From an uncultured Acidimicrobiales bacterium (GTDB lineage Bacteria > Actinomycetota > Geothermincolia > Fen-727 > Anoxymicrobiaceae), in contig CAZEJS010000001.1 of assembly GCA_964512645.1 (NCBI GenBank), positions 825 to 64,824 on the forward strand: a stretch of DNA of 64,000 nucleotides. The letters run 5' to 3'. The stretch's first letter is position 1, and each line of letters begins with the position of its first letter. Position numbers and translations under genes: made by a program. The notes under the pieces are model-generated. The model did not search any database, had not been told where the DNA came from, and worked only from the letters and a program-made list of their open reading frames with translations. This document shows positions 32,054-41,718 of this stretch, piece by piece.

Positions 32054-32575
32054 ATGGAGAACGAGTGCACCTGTGCCAACAGGTTCGCGGACGTAGACGA
32101 CCTGGGCCCCATAGAGGAGATACTCGAGAGGTACGGCAGGGAAAAAGGTGCCCTGATACCTCTCCTCCAGGAGGCCCAGGACGCCTACGGCTACCTGGAC
32201 GAGAAGATCATGCGCGAGATATCCCGCGGGGCGGGATACCAGATGAGCCAGGTCTATGGGGTGGCGACCTTTTTCGCGCAGTTCAGGTTGAAACCGGTCG
32301 GCGAGCACCTGATCAAAGTCTGCCACGGGACCGCCTGCCACGTGGCGGGGGCCACCCAGATCACCGACGAGATCGCCAACCAGCTCGGAATCAAGGAGGG
32401 CGAGACCACCCCGGACAATAAATTCACCCTCGAATCGGTGATGTGCCTGGGAGCCTGCGCGCTCGCCCCGATCATGGTGGTCGGGGACGACACCCACGGC
32501 AAGCTCAAGCCCACCGGCATCAAGAAAATCCTCAAGAAATACTCCGGCGACGGCTCGCGGGAAGAGGAAGAGTGA
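32054..32575 (+). CDS. NuoE-like [2Fe-2S] thioredoxin-fold subunit (24-kDa / HndA-type)
   Basis: 173 aa. Cys motif CHGTAC...CLGACALAP typical of NuoE/HoxF-N. Confidence 0.85.
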   Translation: MENECTCANRFADVDDLGPIEEILERYGREKGALIPLLQEAQDAYGYLDEKIMREISRGAGYQMSQVYGVATFFAQFRLKPVGEHLIKVCHGTACHVAGATQITDEIANQLGIKEGETTPDNKFTLESVMCLGACALAPIMVVGDDTHGKLKPTGIKKILKKYSGDGSREEEE

Positions 32576-32577
32576 CA

Positions 32578-34368
32578 ATGAGCGGCAACGGAAAGAAACA
32601 CAAGGTGGTCCTGGGCTACGGCACCTGCGGCATCGCGGCGGGGGCCACCGCCGTAAAGGAAGCGCTTGAAGAAGAGGTCAGGGCCGGCGGCTACGACGTC
32701 GACCTGGATATCGCCGGCTGCATGGGCCTCTGTTTCAAGGAACCGGTCGTCGAGATATTCGACCGGGACGGCGGCTCGGTCATCTACGGGGACATCACGC
32801 CCAAGAAAGTCGGCCGGCTCCTGGCGGAGCACGTCGGGAAGGGCGAGCTCGTCGAGGAGTGGATTATCAGGAAGAGCTCCGACCCGGAGTCCATCGAGGG
32901 CGATTTCCTGGAGAACCAGCACCGGATAGTCCTGCGCAACTGCGGCAAGATCAACCCCGAGAGCATCGAGGAGTACATCGAGGCTGGCGGCTACGAGGCG
33001 GCCGGGAAGGCGCTTTCCTCGATGACGCCGGAGGATGTGATCGAGGAGGTCTCCGGCTCCGGCATCAGGGGCAGGGGCGGCGCCGGGTTCCCCACCGGCA
33101 CCAAGTGGGGTTTCGCGCGCAAGTCGCCCGGGGAGGAGAAGTACCTCATATGCAACGCCGACGAGGGCGACCCCGGGGCGTTCATGGACCGGAGCGTCCT
33201 CGAGGGCGACCCTCATTCTGTCATCGAGGGAATGATACTCGCGGGCTACGCGATCGGTGCGAAGTACGGGCTGATCTACTGCCGCGCGGAGTACCCTCTC
33301 GCCCTTAAGCGCCTGGACATCGCGATAGAGGCGTGCCACCGGAAGGGGTACCTCGGGGAGAACATCTTCGGCAGCGGCTGGGATTTCGACCTCAAGGTCA
33401 AGAAAGGCGCCGGCGCGTTCGTCTGCGGGGAGGAGACCGCGATGATGGCCTCCATCGAGGGAATGCGCGGCATGCCGCGTCCGCGTCCCCCGTTCCCGGC
33501 GAACTCGGGCCTGTGGGGCAAGCCGACGAACATCAACAACGTCGAGACCCTTGCGGCCATCCCCTGGATCGTCTCCAACGGAGGCGCCGCCTACGCGGCC
33601 GTCGGCACTGAGAAAAGCAAGGGGACGAAGGTGTTCTGCCTGGCCGGCAAGGTGAGGCGGACGGGCCTGGCCGAAGTCCCGATGGGCTACACGCTCAAGC
33701 AGGTCATCTTCGACGTCGGCGGAGGCATCGCCGGCGGCAAGGAGTTCAAGGCGGTCCAGATGGGCGGCCCTTCCGGGGGCTGCCTCCCCGCCGAGAAGCT
33801 GGACACGCAGGTCGACTACGACCAGATCACCGCCGCCGGGGCCATCATCGGTTCGGGCGGGATGATAGTGGCGGACGACCGCACGTGCATGGTCGACCTG
33901 GCGCGCTACTTCCTCTCGTTCACCCAGGACGAGTCCTGCGGCAAGTGCACGCCCTGCCGCATCGGGACCAAGCGCATGCTGGAGATACTCGAGCGCATAT
34001 GCGAGGGCAGGGGGAAGCCCGACGATATCGAGCGCCTGCTGGCGCTGGCCGAAGATATCAAGGCGGCGAGCCTCTGCGCGCTCGGGGGCACCGCGCCCAA
34101 CCCGGTCCTCACCACCCTGCGGTACTTCCGTAACGAGTACGAGGACCACATCTTCAACCACAGGTGCACCGCCGGGGCGTGCCCGGCGCTGATAACCCTG
34201 TCGATAGACCCGGAGACGTGCACCGGCTGCGGCGCCTGCGTCAAGGTCTGCCCGGTCGACGCCATCTCCGGCGAGAAGAAAGAGGCGCACATCATCGACG
34301 AAGACGCCTGCATCAGGTGCAAGATGTGCCTGTCCAGGTGCCCGTCCGAATCGATAATCGCACGGTAG
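32578..34368 (+). CDS. NuoF-like FMN/NAD(P)H-binding subunit with N-terminal [2Fe-2S] domain and C-terminal 2x[4Fe-4S] ferredoxin domain (HndC/HylB-type)
   Basis: Internal ATG 32578 (MSGNGKKHKVVLGYGTCGIAAG...) follows the AGGAAGAG RBS right after the nuoE-like stop. GRGGAGFPTGTKW FMN site, CxxCxxC NuoF cluster, then CTGCGACVKVCP / CIRCKMCLSRCP. Confidence 0.85.
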   Translation: MSGNGKKHKVVLGYGTCGIAAGATAVKEALEEEVRAGGYDVDLDIAGCMGLCFKEPVVEIFDRDGGSVIYGDITPKKVGRLLAEHVGKGELVEEWIIRKSSDPESIEGDFLENQHRIVLRNCGKINPESIEEYIEAGGYEAAGKALSSMTPEDVIEEVSGSGIRGRGGAGFPTGTKWGFARKSPGEEKYLICNADEGDPGAFMDRSVLEGDPHSVIEGMILAGYAIGAKYGLIYCRAEYPLALKRLDIAIEACHRKGYLGENIFGSGWDFDLKVKKGAGAFVCGEETAMMASIEGMRGMPRPRPPFPANSGLWGKPTNINNVETLAAIPWIVSNGGAAYAAVGTEKSKGTKVFCLAGKVRRTGLAEVPMGYTLKQVIFDVGGGIAGGKEFKAVQMGGPSGGCLPAEKLDTQVDYDQITAAGAIIGSGGMIVADDRTCMVDLARYFLSFTQDESCGKCTPCRIGTKRMLEILERICEGRGKPDDIERLLALAEDIKAASLCALGGTAPNPVLTTLRYFRNEYEDHIFNHRCTAGACPALITLSIDPETCTGCGACVKVCPVDAISGEKKEAHIIDEDACIRCKMCLSRCPSESIIAR

Positions 34369-34407
34369 GAGGCCCGCTGACCACCGTTGCCCTACGGGAG
34401 GTTCGAG

Positions 34408-37185
34408 TTGGAAGAGATCACGGTCCGGATCGACGGGACTGAGGTGGTCGGGCCGAAAGGCTCGACGATACTGGACATGGCGAAAGCCGGCGGGATTGAC
34501 ATACCGACGCTGTGCTACGACCCGAGGCTGTCGCCTTACGGGGCCTGCAGGCTCTGCCTGGTGGAGGTCGAGGGCGCGCGGGGCCTGCTGCCGGCGTGCT
34601 ACGCCGAGGCTACCGACGGCATGGTCGTCCGGACCGCCACCGAGCAGCTAGAGCGCATCAGGAAGACCCTGGTCGAGCTCCTGGTTTCGGACCACCCCAT
34701 GGAGTGCCAGGGTTGCACGAAATCGGGACGCTGCGAACTGCAGAGACTGGCCGACCGGTACGGGGTCACCGACGACTCCGCCTTCGAGGGAGAGGTGCAC
34801 GAGTACGATCTCCTGCAGGAGAACCCTTTCATCATCCGGGACTACAACAAGTGCGTCATGTGCGGCCGCTGCATCCGGATATGCCGCGAAGTCCAGGGGG
34901 TCGGGGTTTACGACTTCGTCAACCGGGGATTCAAGGCGGTTCCCGGCACCCCCTACTCCAACCCGATGACCGAGACTCCGTGCGAGTTCTGCGGGCAGTG
35001 CATCTCGACCTGCCCGACAGGCGCGCTCAAGGCGCGCCCGTACGAGGCCGAGGGGCGCGTGGCCGCGCGGGACCTGCTGCGCAACGCCTGCGCCTTCTTC
35101 AAGATGAGCGAGGACGAGATGATGGAGGCGCTGGGCCTCGAAGGCTGGAAGGTCCGTACGACCTGCGCCTACTGCGGCTGCGGCTGCCAGCTCGACCTCC
35201 ACGTCATCGACAACAAGGTCGTCGAGGTGACCTCCCCCCTGATGGTGGGTCCCGGGCAGGGCAACCTCTGCGTCAAGGGACGGTTCGGCTACGACTTCAT
35301 CGACAGCGACGACAGGCTGACCAGGCCGCTGATCCGCAAGGAGGGGCGTTTCGTCGAGGCCGGATGGGACGAGGCCCTCGACCTTATCGCCGCCAGGCTG
35401 GGGGAGGTGAAGGCGAAGAGCGGCCCCGACTCCATCGGCATCCTGTCCTCGGCGAGGGCCACCAACGAGGACAACTACGTGGTGCAGAAGTTCGCCCGGG
35501 CCTGCGTCGGCACCAACAACGTCGACCACTGCGCACGTTTGTGACACGCTCCAACCGTCGCCGGTCTGGCGAAAACGTTCGGAAGCGGAGCGATGACCAA
35601 CACCATCGATGACCTCGAGGAAGCCGGGGCGATACTGGTCATCGGGTCCAACACCACCGAGGCCCACCCCATCATAGGCCTGCGGATCAAGAAAGCGGTA
35701 ATGCAGAACGACTGCAAGCTGATCGTCGCCGAGCCGAGGCGCATCAGGCTCTCGCACTACGCCGACAGGGTCCTGCAGCACAGACCCGGCACCGACGTCG
35801 CCCTGCTCAACGGGTTCATGAACGTCATCATAGAGGAAGGCCTTTACGACGAGGCGTTCGTGGCGGAAAGGTGCGAAGGTTTCGAGGAGCTCAAGGAGCT
35901 CGTGAAGGAGTACCCCCCCGAAAAGGTGGCGGAGATCTGCGAGGTGGAGGCGGAAGAGATACGCCAGGCCGCGCGGACCTTTGCCGCCGCCGACAGCGCC
36001 GCCATCCTGTACGCCATGGGCATCACCCAGCACACCACCGGCACCGACAACGTCGTTACCGTGGCCAACCTGTCGATGCTCACCGGCAACATCGGCAAGC
36101 GCGGCGCGGGCGTCAACCCATTGAGGGGACAGAACAACGTCCAGGGCGCCTGCGACATGGGGGCGCTTCCCAACGTGTTCACCGGCTACCGCCCTGTGAG
36201 CGACGAGGAGACGCGCCGGAAGTTCGAGGAGGCCTGGGGCGTCGAACTGCCCTCCGAACCGGGGATGACCGCCACCGCGATGATGGAGGCCGCCGCGGAG
36301 GGCGGAATCAAGGCGATGTATATCGTCGGTGAGAACCCCATGGTCAGCGACCCCAACCTCCGCCACGCCGAGAGCGCCCTGGGGAACCTCGATTTCCTGG
36401 TGGTCCAGGACATATTCATGACCGAGACCGCGGCCCTTGCCGACGTGGTGCTGCCGTCGGCCTCCTTCGCGGAGAAGGAGGGCACCTTCAGCGCCACCGA
36501 CCGGCGCGTGCAGAGGGTGCGCAAGGCGGTGGAGCCGCCCGGCGAAGCCCGGGCCGACTTCGAGATAGTCGCGGACCTCTCGAGGAGAATGGGTTACGAC
36601 ATGGGCACTCCGGAGCCCGCGGAGATCATGGAAGAGGCGGCGTCTCTTACGCCGCATTACGGCGGCATCAGCCACGCCCGGCTCGATTCCCTGCCGGAGA
36701 ACGAGGCGCTGCACTGGCCTTGTCCGGACCCCGGGCACCCTGGGACACCCATACTGCACACCGCGCAGTTCACCCGCGGCAAGGGCTGGTTCTGCCCGGT
36801 GCTCTACCGGGCGCCGGCGGAGCTGCCGGACGCGGAGTACCCGCTGGTCCTCACCACCGGGCGCGTCCTCTGGCAGTACCATACCGGTACGATGACCCGC
36901 CGAGTCGACGGCATCAACGAACTCGACCCCCACGGGAAGGCCTGGATCAACCCCGAGGACGCCGAGGAGGCCGGCATCGAGATCGGCGGGGACGTGCGCA
37001 TAGCCACCCGCAGGGGAGAGATCGAGATGGAGGCGCTGGTCACCAGGCGCATACCGAAGGGAATGATCTTCGTTCCGTTCCATTACTCCGAGGCGGCCGC
37101 CAACGTCCTCACCAACGACGCCCTCGACCCGGTAAGCCGGGTCCCGGAATTCAAGGTCAGCGCCGCCAGGATCAGCGCGAAATGA
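34408..37185 (+). CDS. fdhA: Formate dehydrogenase catalytic subunit, probably a selenoprotein (in-frame UGA at 35542..35544 read as Sec). N-terminal [2Fe-2S]/[4Fe-4S] NuoG-like domain fused to a Mo/W-bis-PGD domain
   Basis: Track ORFs 34387..35544 and 35593..37185 are in the same frame. The sequence across the TGA reads [36 protein letters not shown]..., which aligns with the E. coli FdhF active-site region (VDNCARV-U-HGPSVAGL...). The rest matches FdhF along its length. Probable TTG start at 34408 is 6 nt after GGGAGG. Confidence 0.85.
35548..35580 (+). ncRNA. SECIS-like mRNA hairpin directing Sec insertion at the fdhA UGA
   Basis: CGCC-GGUCU-GGCG hairpin about 15-30 nt 3' of the UGA, with the GGUCU apical loop as in the E. 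coli fdhF SECIS. Sequence match only. Confidence 0.6.
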
Positions 37186-37212
37186 GCCGCACCCCGATAC
37201 CAGGAGCTTGAG

Positions 37213-38601
37213 ATGGAAGACACCCTAGTCGAAACGGAAGCCAAGACGGAGGCGGGGTCAGCGGACGTGCAGGACGTCAGGATCCTCGCGTTCCTGTGCA
37301 ACTGGTGCTCTTACGCCGGGGCGGACCTGGCGGGCGTCTCCCGGATGCAGTACCCCTCCAACGTGATCGACATACGTGTGATGTGTACCGGGACGATCTC
37401 CCCGTACTACGTGCTGAAGGCGTTTCAGGAGGGTATCGACGGCGTCCTCATCGCCGGGTGTCACATCGGGGACTGCCACTACGACAAGGGCAACTACGCC
37501 ACTGCCAGGAGGTTCCGGGTCATCAAGGACATCCTCACCGGCGTAGGAATAGACCCGAGGCGCCTTCGGCTGGAGTGGGTAAGCGCCGCTGAGGGCGCCA
37601 AGTTCCAGGACGTCATAACTTCGTTCACCGAGCAGGTGCGCGAGGCCGGCAGGTCCCCGCTGATGAGCGGCTCATCGAAAGGCCTGGCCGACACGGCCGC
37701 CGGGCCCGCGGTAGCCCCAGAGAGACTCCTCGACGTGAAGGCCGGCGACTGGCGCCCCGGGCCCACCGAGGAGGCCGTGGCGCGGGCGCTGCGGGGAGCG
37801 ATCGAAAGCGGTGAGGCTTCCGCCGCTGTATTGCTGACGGAAAGCGACGGGCTGCTGGTGCCGCGGGTGGCCAGAAGCGCGGACGACCCCGCGTTCGAGC
37901 GGTTGTACGCCGGAGATTCCCGTTACCCCATGGCCTCCTTCGCGCTGATGGTCCTCCCGCTGGTCGAGGGAAGGCTGGCCCTCCCGGTGCGGGAGTGCGA
38001 CAGGCGCATGATAGTCGAGCTGAAGAAGCACAACCAGGTGGATCCCGACAGGCTGCTGCTGCTGGGGGTGCCCTGCTCCCAGGAGCGCGCCGACACCTGC
38101 GGATGCGATCACCCGTTCACCTCCGCGGAGATCGCCGTGGCCCCGGCGCTGGCCGAGCCCGTGCTTCAGGAGACGGCGGACGGCGAACTGCCGGAGACGC
38201 CGGGGGAACTCCTCGAATACTGGATGGGCCACTTCTCGCGCTGCATCAAGTGCATGGGCTGCCGGAACGTTTGCCCGCTGTGCTACTGCAGCGAGTGCGC
38301 GCTGGACGACCCGGACCTCGTGGGACCGGACTCCAAACCTCCCGACATCCCGATATTCCACCTGATCCGCGCCGCGGATATGTCGGACCGATGCGTGGAT
38401 TGCGGCATGTGCGAGGAGATCTGCCCGGCAGGCATACCCCTGCGCCGCCTCTACCGGCAGGCCCGCGACGTGGTCAGAGAAGCGTTCGGGTACGACCCGG
38501 GCGTCGACCCCGACGCCAGCAGCCCGGTCAAGATGCTGGGCGAGCCCGCCGACCTGGGCGGCATGAGGGATGGGTACCGGGCCTCCGATCAGGAGCGGTA
38601 G
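37213..38601 (+). CDS. MvhD-domain / 2x[4Fe-4S] ferredoxin fusion protein (FlpD-like electron-transfer subunit)
   Basis: N-terminal MvhD/FlpD pattern (ILAFLCNWCSYAGADLAG...MCTGTISPYYVLKAFQEGIDGVLIAGCHIGDCHY). C-terminal CIKCMGCRNVCP and CVDCGMCEEICP motifs. Confidence 0.8.
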   Translation: MEDTLVETEAKTEAGSADVQDVRILAFLCNWCSYAGADLAGVSRMQYPSNVIDIRVMCTGTISPYYVLKAFQEGIDGVLIAGCHIGDCHYDKGNYATARRFRVIKDILTGVGIDPRRLRLEWVSAAEGAKFQDVITSFTEQVREAGRSPLMSGSSKGLADTAAGPAVAPERLLDVKAGDWRPGPTEEAVARALRGAIESGEASAAVLLTESDGLLVPRVARSADDPAFERLYAGDSRYPMASFALMVLPLVEGRLALPVRECDRRMIVELKKHNQVDPDRLLLLGVPCSQERADTCGCDHPFTSAEIAVAPALAEPVLQETADGELPETPGELLEYWMGHFSRCIKCMGCRNVCPLCYCSECALDDPDLVGPDSKPPDIPIFHLIRAADMSDRCVDCGMCEEICPAGIPLRRLYRQARDVVREAFGYDPGVDPDASSPVKMLGEPADLGGMRDGYRASDQER

Positions 38602-38679
38602 TCGAAGAGCATCTCGATCATGCCGCAGTCGAGCGAGGCATCCCCTTTTCCTTCGATAGCGGCACGAACCCCGGGCGTC

Positions 38680-38713
38680 CGTAATAAAACGAGGGCGGAC
38701 AACGCCCGCCCTC
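38680..38713 (-). terminator. Rho-independent terminator ending the Wood-Ljungdahl operon after acsE (convergent junction with the fdh block)
   Basis: GAGGGCGG-acaacgc-CCGCCCTC stem. The U-rich tract GUUUUAUUA follows only on the minus-strand reading. Confidence 0.65.
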
Positions 38714-38777
38714 GCCGTCTTCAATCAGAGCACGGGCGCCGGCGGGACGCTGCAAAGTCCCCGCACCCGCATTCGCT

Positions 38778-39659
38778 TTAGAGCTCGAGGTAGGAGGCCG
38801 CGAAGAGGGTCTCCTCGTGGAAGAGCTTGACGGTCTTCTTGATCGCCAGCTGCAGCGGGTCGCTCAGGTCGAGCTCGCCCTCCTTGAGCCCCTCGGCGAT
38901 CTGCACCAGGTCGTACTCCGGGCTCTCCATGCGCGCGACCGCCATCAGTTTCTCGTCATTGGGGTCGACGATCGCCGCGTCCATGCCGTGGCCCATCAGG
39001 GCCGCAAGGTAGATACGGTTGACGAACTCGGCGTTCTCGGTGGTGAGCCCACACTTGTTGCTGACGTTGGACAGGCCGCAAACGAGGTGCGGCTTGTCCG
39101 GGAGCTCGGAGAACATCTGGGTCGCCACCAGGAGGGCGTGCACCTGGTCCTGGGCTACCCCAATGGGGAGCACGATCGGGTCGATCCAGTAATCGTCGTG
39201 CCCGATCCCCGCCGCCTCGAACGCCATCATCAGGTTGTAGCCGTTGGTGACACGCTCCTCGGCGTCACGGGGCACACCGGCCTCGCTTGTGCACAGTCCC
39301 ACCACCTTGGCGTTGTACTCCAGGGCCAGCGGGATGAGACGGTCCATCCGCTCCTGGACGTTGGAGATCGAGTTGATTATCTTGGGGTTCTTGCCCACCT
39401 TGAGGCCGGCTTCCATCGCGTCCATGTTCATCGTGTCCAGCGACAGCGGCAGGTCGGTGACCTCCTCTATCGTCTCCACCATCCACTGCATGAGCTCGGG
39501 GCCGTTCTTGGTGGCCGGCCCGAGGTTGATGTCTATGCAGTCGGGCTTGCCCTCGAGCTGGATCGTCACCATGTCCTGGATGGGGCCCTTTTCGCGGGCG
39601 TTCATGGCCTCCTTGATCTTCGTGGTGATCACGTTGACCTTCTCGGCGATGATGTACAT
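38778..39659 (-). CDS. acsE: Methyltetrahydrofolate:corrinoid iron-sulfur protein methyltransferase (pterin-binding / DHPS-like fold)
   Basis: 293 aa pterin-binding TIM barrel. Last gene of the acs operon. Confidence 0.85.
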   Translation of the reverse strand: MYIIAEKVNVITTKIKEAMNAREKGPIQDMVTIQLEGKPDCIDINLGPATKNGPELMQWMVETIEEVTDLPLSLDTMNMDAMEAGLKVGKNPKIINSISNVQERMDRLIPLALEYNAKVVGLCTSEAGVPRDAEERVTNGYNLMMAFEAAGIGHDDYWIDPIVLPIGVAQDQVHALLVATQMFSELPDKPHLVCGLSNVSNKCGLTTENAEFVNRIYLAALMGHGMDAAIVDPNDEKLMAVARMESPEYDLVQIAEGLKEGELDLSDPLQLAIKKTVKLFHEETLFAASYLEL

Positions 39660-39712
39660 CTCTACCTCCTTGCCATCTCCCTGTTCATACGTCCGTCGTA
39701 TGCGCCATCGCG

Positions 39713-40543
39713 CTATTCCAACATCCTGTGGGCGAAGTACGAACTCCGCACCAGGGGCCCGGCGGCAACCGCCTCGAACCCCATCGCCAGCGCAGCCTCC
39801 TCGAGCGAAGCGAACTCCTCCGGTTCCCAGTAGCGCTCCACCGGCACGTTCGCCGCGCCCGGCCTGAGGTACTGTCCGACGGTCAGGAGCCTGCAGCCGG
39901 ACTCCAGCAGGTCCTGCATCAGGGCGAGGACCTCGTCCCGGCTCTCCCCGAGCCCGACCATCAGTCCGCTCTTGGTCCGGAACCCCGCCCCGGCGGCCCT
40001 GGATAGCACCCCCAGTGACCTGGAGTAGGCGGCCTGCGGCCTTGCCGTGGCGTAGAGCCTCTCCACCGTCTCCACGTTGTGGTTGAAGACGTCGGGCCCG
40101 GCGGCCAGCACCGTGTCCACGTCGCCGCTCCGCCCGGCGAAATCGGGTACCAGCACCTCGGTCGTCACCCCGGGCGCCGCGTCCCTGACGGCCTCCACCA
40201 CGGCGGCGAAATGCCCCGCCCCCCCGTCGGGCAGGTCGTCCCTGGTCACCGACGTCACCACGACGTGCCTCAGGCCCATCTCCGCGGCCGCTTTCGCCAC
40301 CCTCTCAGGCTCGTCTTCCTCGAGCGGACCGGGCGTCCCCCCGGGGACCGCGCAGAACCCGCAGTCCCTGGTGCACCTGTCGCCCATTATCATGAACGTC
40401 GCGGTCCCCGCTTCGAAGCATTCCCCGCGGTTCGGGCACTTGGCCCCTTCACAGACCGTGTTCAGGCGTTGCTCCGCGAGGACTCCTTCAACCCTGGACA
40501 CCTGCGGCCCGCACCTGACAGGCCTCAGCAGCCAGCGGGGCAT
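39713..40543 (-). CDS. lipA: Lipoyl synthase
   Basis: ORF 39713..40573. ATG 40543 gives MPRWLLRPV... (compare E. coli KPEWMKIKLP). CEGAKCPNRGEC auxiliary-cluster cysteines and radical-SAM CTRDCGFC motif. Confidence 0.85.
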   Translation of the reverse strand: MPRWLLRPVRCGPQVSRVEGVLAEQRLNTVCEGAKCPNRGECFEAGTATFMIMGDRCTRDCGFCAVPGGTPGPLEEDEPERVAKAAAEMGLRHVVVTSVTRDDLPDGGAGHFAAVVEAVRDAAPGVTTEVLVPDFAGRSGDVDTVLAAGPDVFNHNVETVERLYATARPQAAYSRSLGVLSRAAGAGFRTKSGLMVGLGESRDEVLALMQDLLESGCRLLTVGQYLRPGAANVPVERYWEPEEFASLEEAALAMGFEAVAAGPLVRSSYFAHRMLE

Positions 40544-40573
40544 CCGGTCCCTGGAGCGAGGCTCCGACAGCAT

Positions 40574-41626
40574 CTACGAGTACCTCGCCCGCATCGCCTC
40601 CGAGACCTCCCGGGTCAGCACCAGCGCCCTCTCGGCGACCTCCATGCTCGCGGGCCCCAGCCCGCAGGACGGTGAGACCAGCGACCTTGCCGCGACAAGG
40701 CCCCTGTCGATCCCCTGCCCCTCCAGCACGTCGAACCCGCTCTCCAGCATCGAGACCAGCTCGGCAGATGTGATGCTGGTAACGCTCTCGTCCTTGGGGA
40801 TGACCCCCCAGGCCAGAGAGCCACCGCGCTCGAGGTGCCTGGCGATGTCGGGACCGTACGCAACGAACGGCTCCATGTACTCGAACGCATCGAAGTGGAC
40901 CACGTCCACCCCAGTGGCGAACACGAGCGACCAGTCCGTGTTCCCGCAACAGTGCACGCCCGTGATATCCGCGCCGCACCCCGCGAGGCACTCGGTGATG
41001 TCGTTGACGACCTGCTCCCTGCTGACGCTTATGAGCGCAGAGCCCACTGAATGCAGGTAAGGCTCGTCGTAGAACATCACCACTTTCGCCCCGGGCGCGG
41101 CCTTTCTCAGCTCTCGGCTCTGCCACGCGCCCTTGAGCGCGAGCCCCTTCACTATCGCCTGCTCCAGGTCAGGATGGTAGATGCTCGCCTTCCTGTTCTG
41201 GTCGGTGACGGTGAGCCCGAACGAGGCAGGGCCCGTAACGTGGCCTTTCACATATGGCCTGCTCTCGAGGTCGCTCGCGAAAGCTCCCCCGAGGAACGCC
41301 GCAAGCCCGTGTGCGTACTCGCCCGATATCGCGAACCTGTCCAGGTCTTCGGCGATGACGGCCTCGTAGAAACTCTCGAGCTCCTCCGGAAGCGCGTCGT
41401 CCACCTGGAACCACAAGCGCTTGGCGGCCTCGTCAACCCTGATCCCCGGAAGGCCCTGCGAGTACTGGGCGTACATGTTCTCGAGGAAGCCTATCTTCGG
41501 CAGCTGCGGCCAGGCCGCTACCTCGCCGAAGGCTTCCAACATGAGCTTCACGGCCTGCTCAGCATCCGTGTGCGGCAGGCTACCGATAGCTATCATCGCG
41601 AACCACGGTTCGAAATCACCAGTCAT
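40574..41626 (-). CDS. Core-MetE-like protein: stand-alone cobalamin-independent-methionine-synthase catalytic (C-terminal) domain of the URO-D/CIMS fold. Candidate methylcorrinoid:homocysteine methyltransferase
   Basis: 350 aa. Motifs parallel the MetE C-terminal domain: VKGHVTGPASF (MetE ...GP.T.), VVMFYDEPYL (IQIDEPA), GVHCCGNTDW (HMCYS Zn ligands), SPSCGLGP (PDCGLK). No N-terminal folate-binding half. Confidence 0.7.
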   Translation of the reverse strand: MTGDFEPWFAMIAIGSLPHTDAEQAVKLMLEAFGEVAAWPQLPKIGFLENMYAQYSQGLPGIRVDEAAKRLWFQVDDALPEELESFYEAVIAEDLDRFAISGEYAHGLAAFLGGAFASDLESRPYVKGHVTGPASFGLTVTDQNRKASIYHPDLEQAIVKGLALKGAWQSRELRKAAPGAKVVMFYDEPYLHSVGSALISVSREQVVNDITECLAGCGADITGVHCCGNTDWSLVFATGVDVVHFDAFEYMEPFVAYGPDIARHLERGGSLAWGVIPKDESVTSITSAELVSMLESGFDVLEGQGIDRGLVAARSLVSPSCGLGPASMEVAERALVLTREVSEAMRARYS

Positions 41627-41718
41627 AGGGCCCGGCCCCTTCCCGCCTTCTGACCACTCTGCATCACCAGATGTCTGCTATGCGCAAAGGGGTCTGACCC
41701 CGACTGCGATCAGTGCCC

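Noticed and set aside
34387-37185. Formate dehydrogenase as two separate genes or a pseudogene, as implied by the ORF track
   Set aside because: Both ORFs are in one frame, and the intervening TGA aligns with the FdhF selenocysteine and is followed by a SECIS-like hairpin. Merged into one probable selenoprotein CDS.
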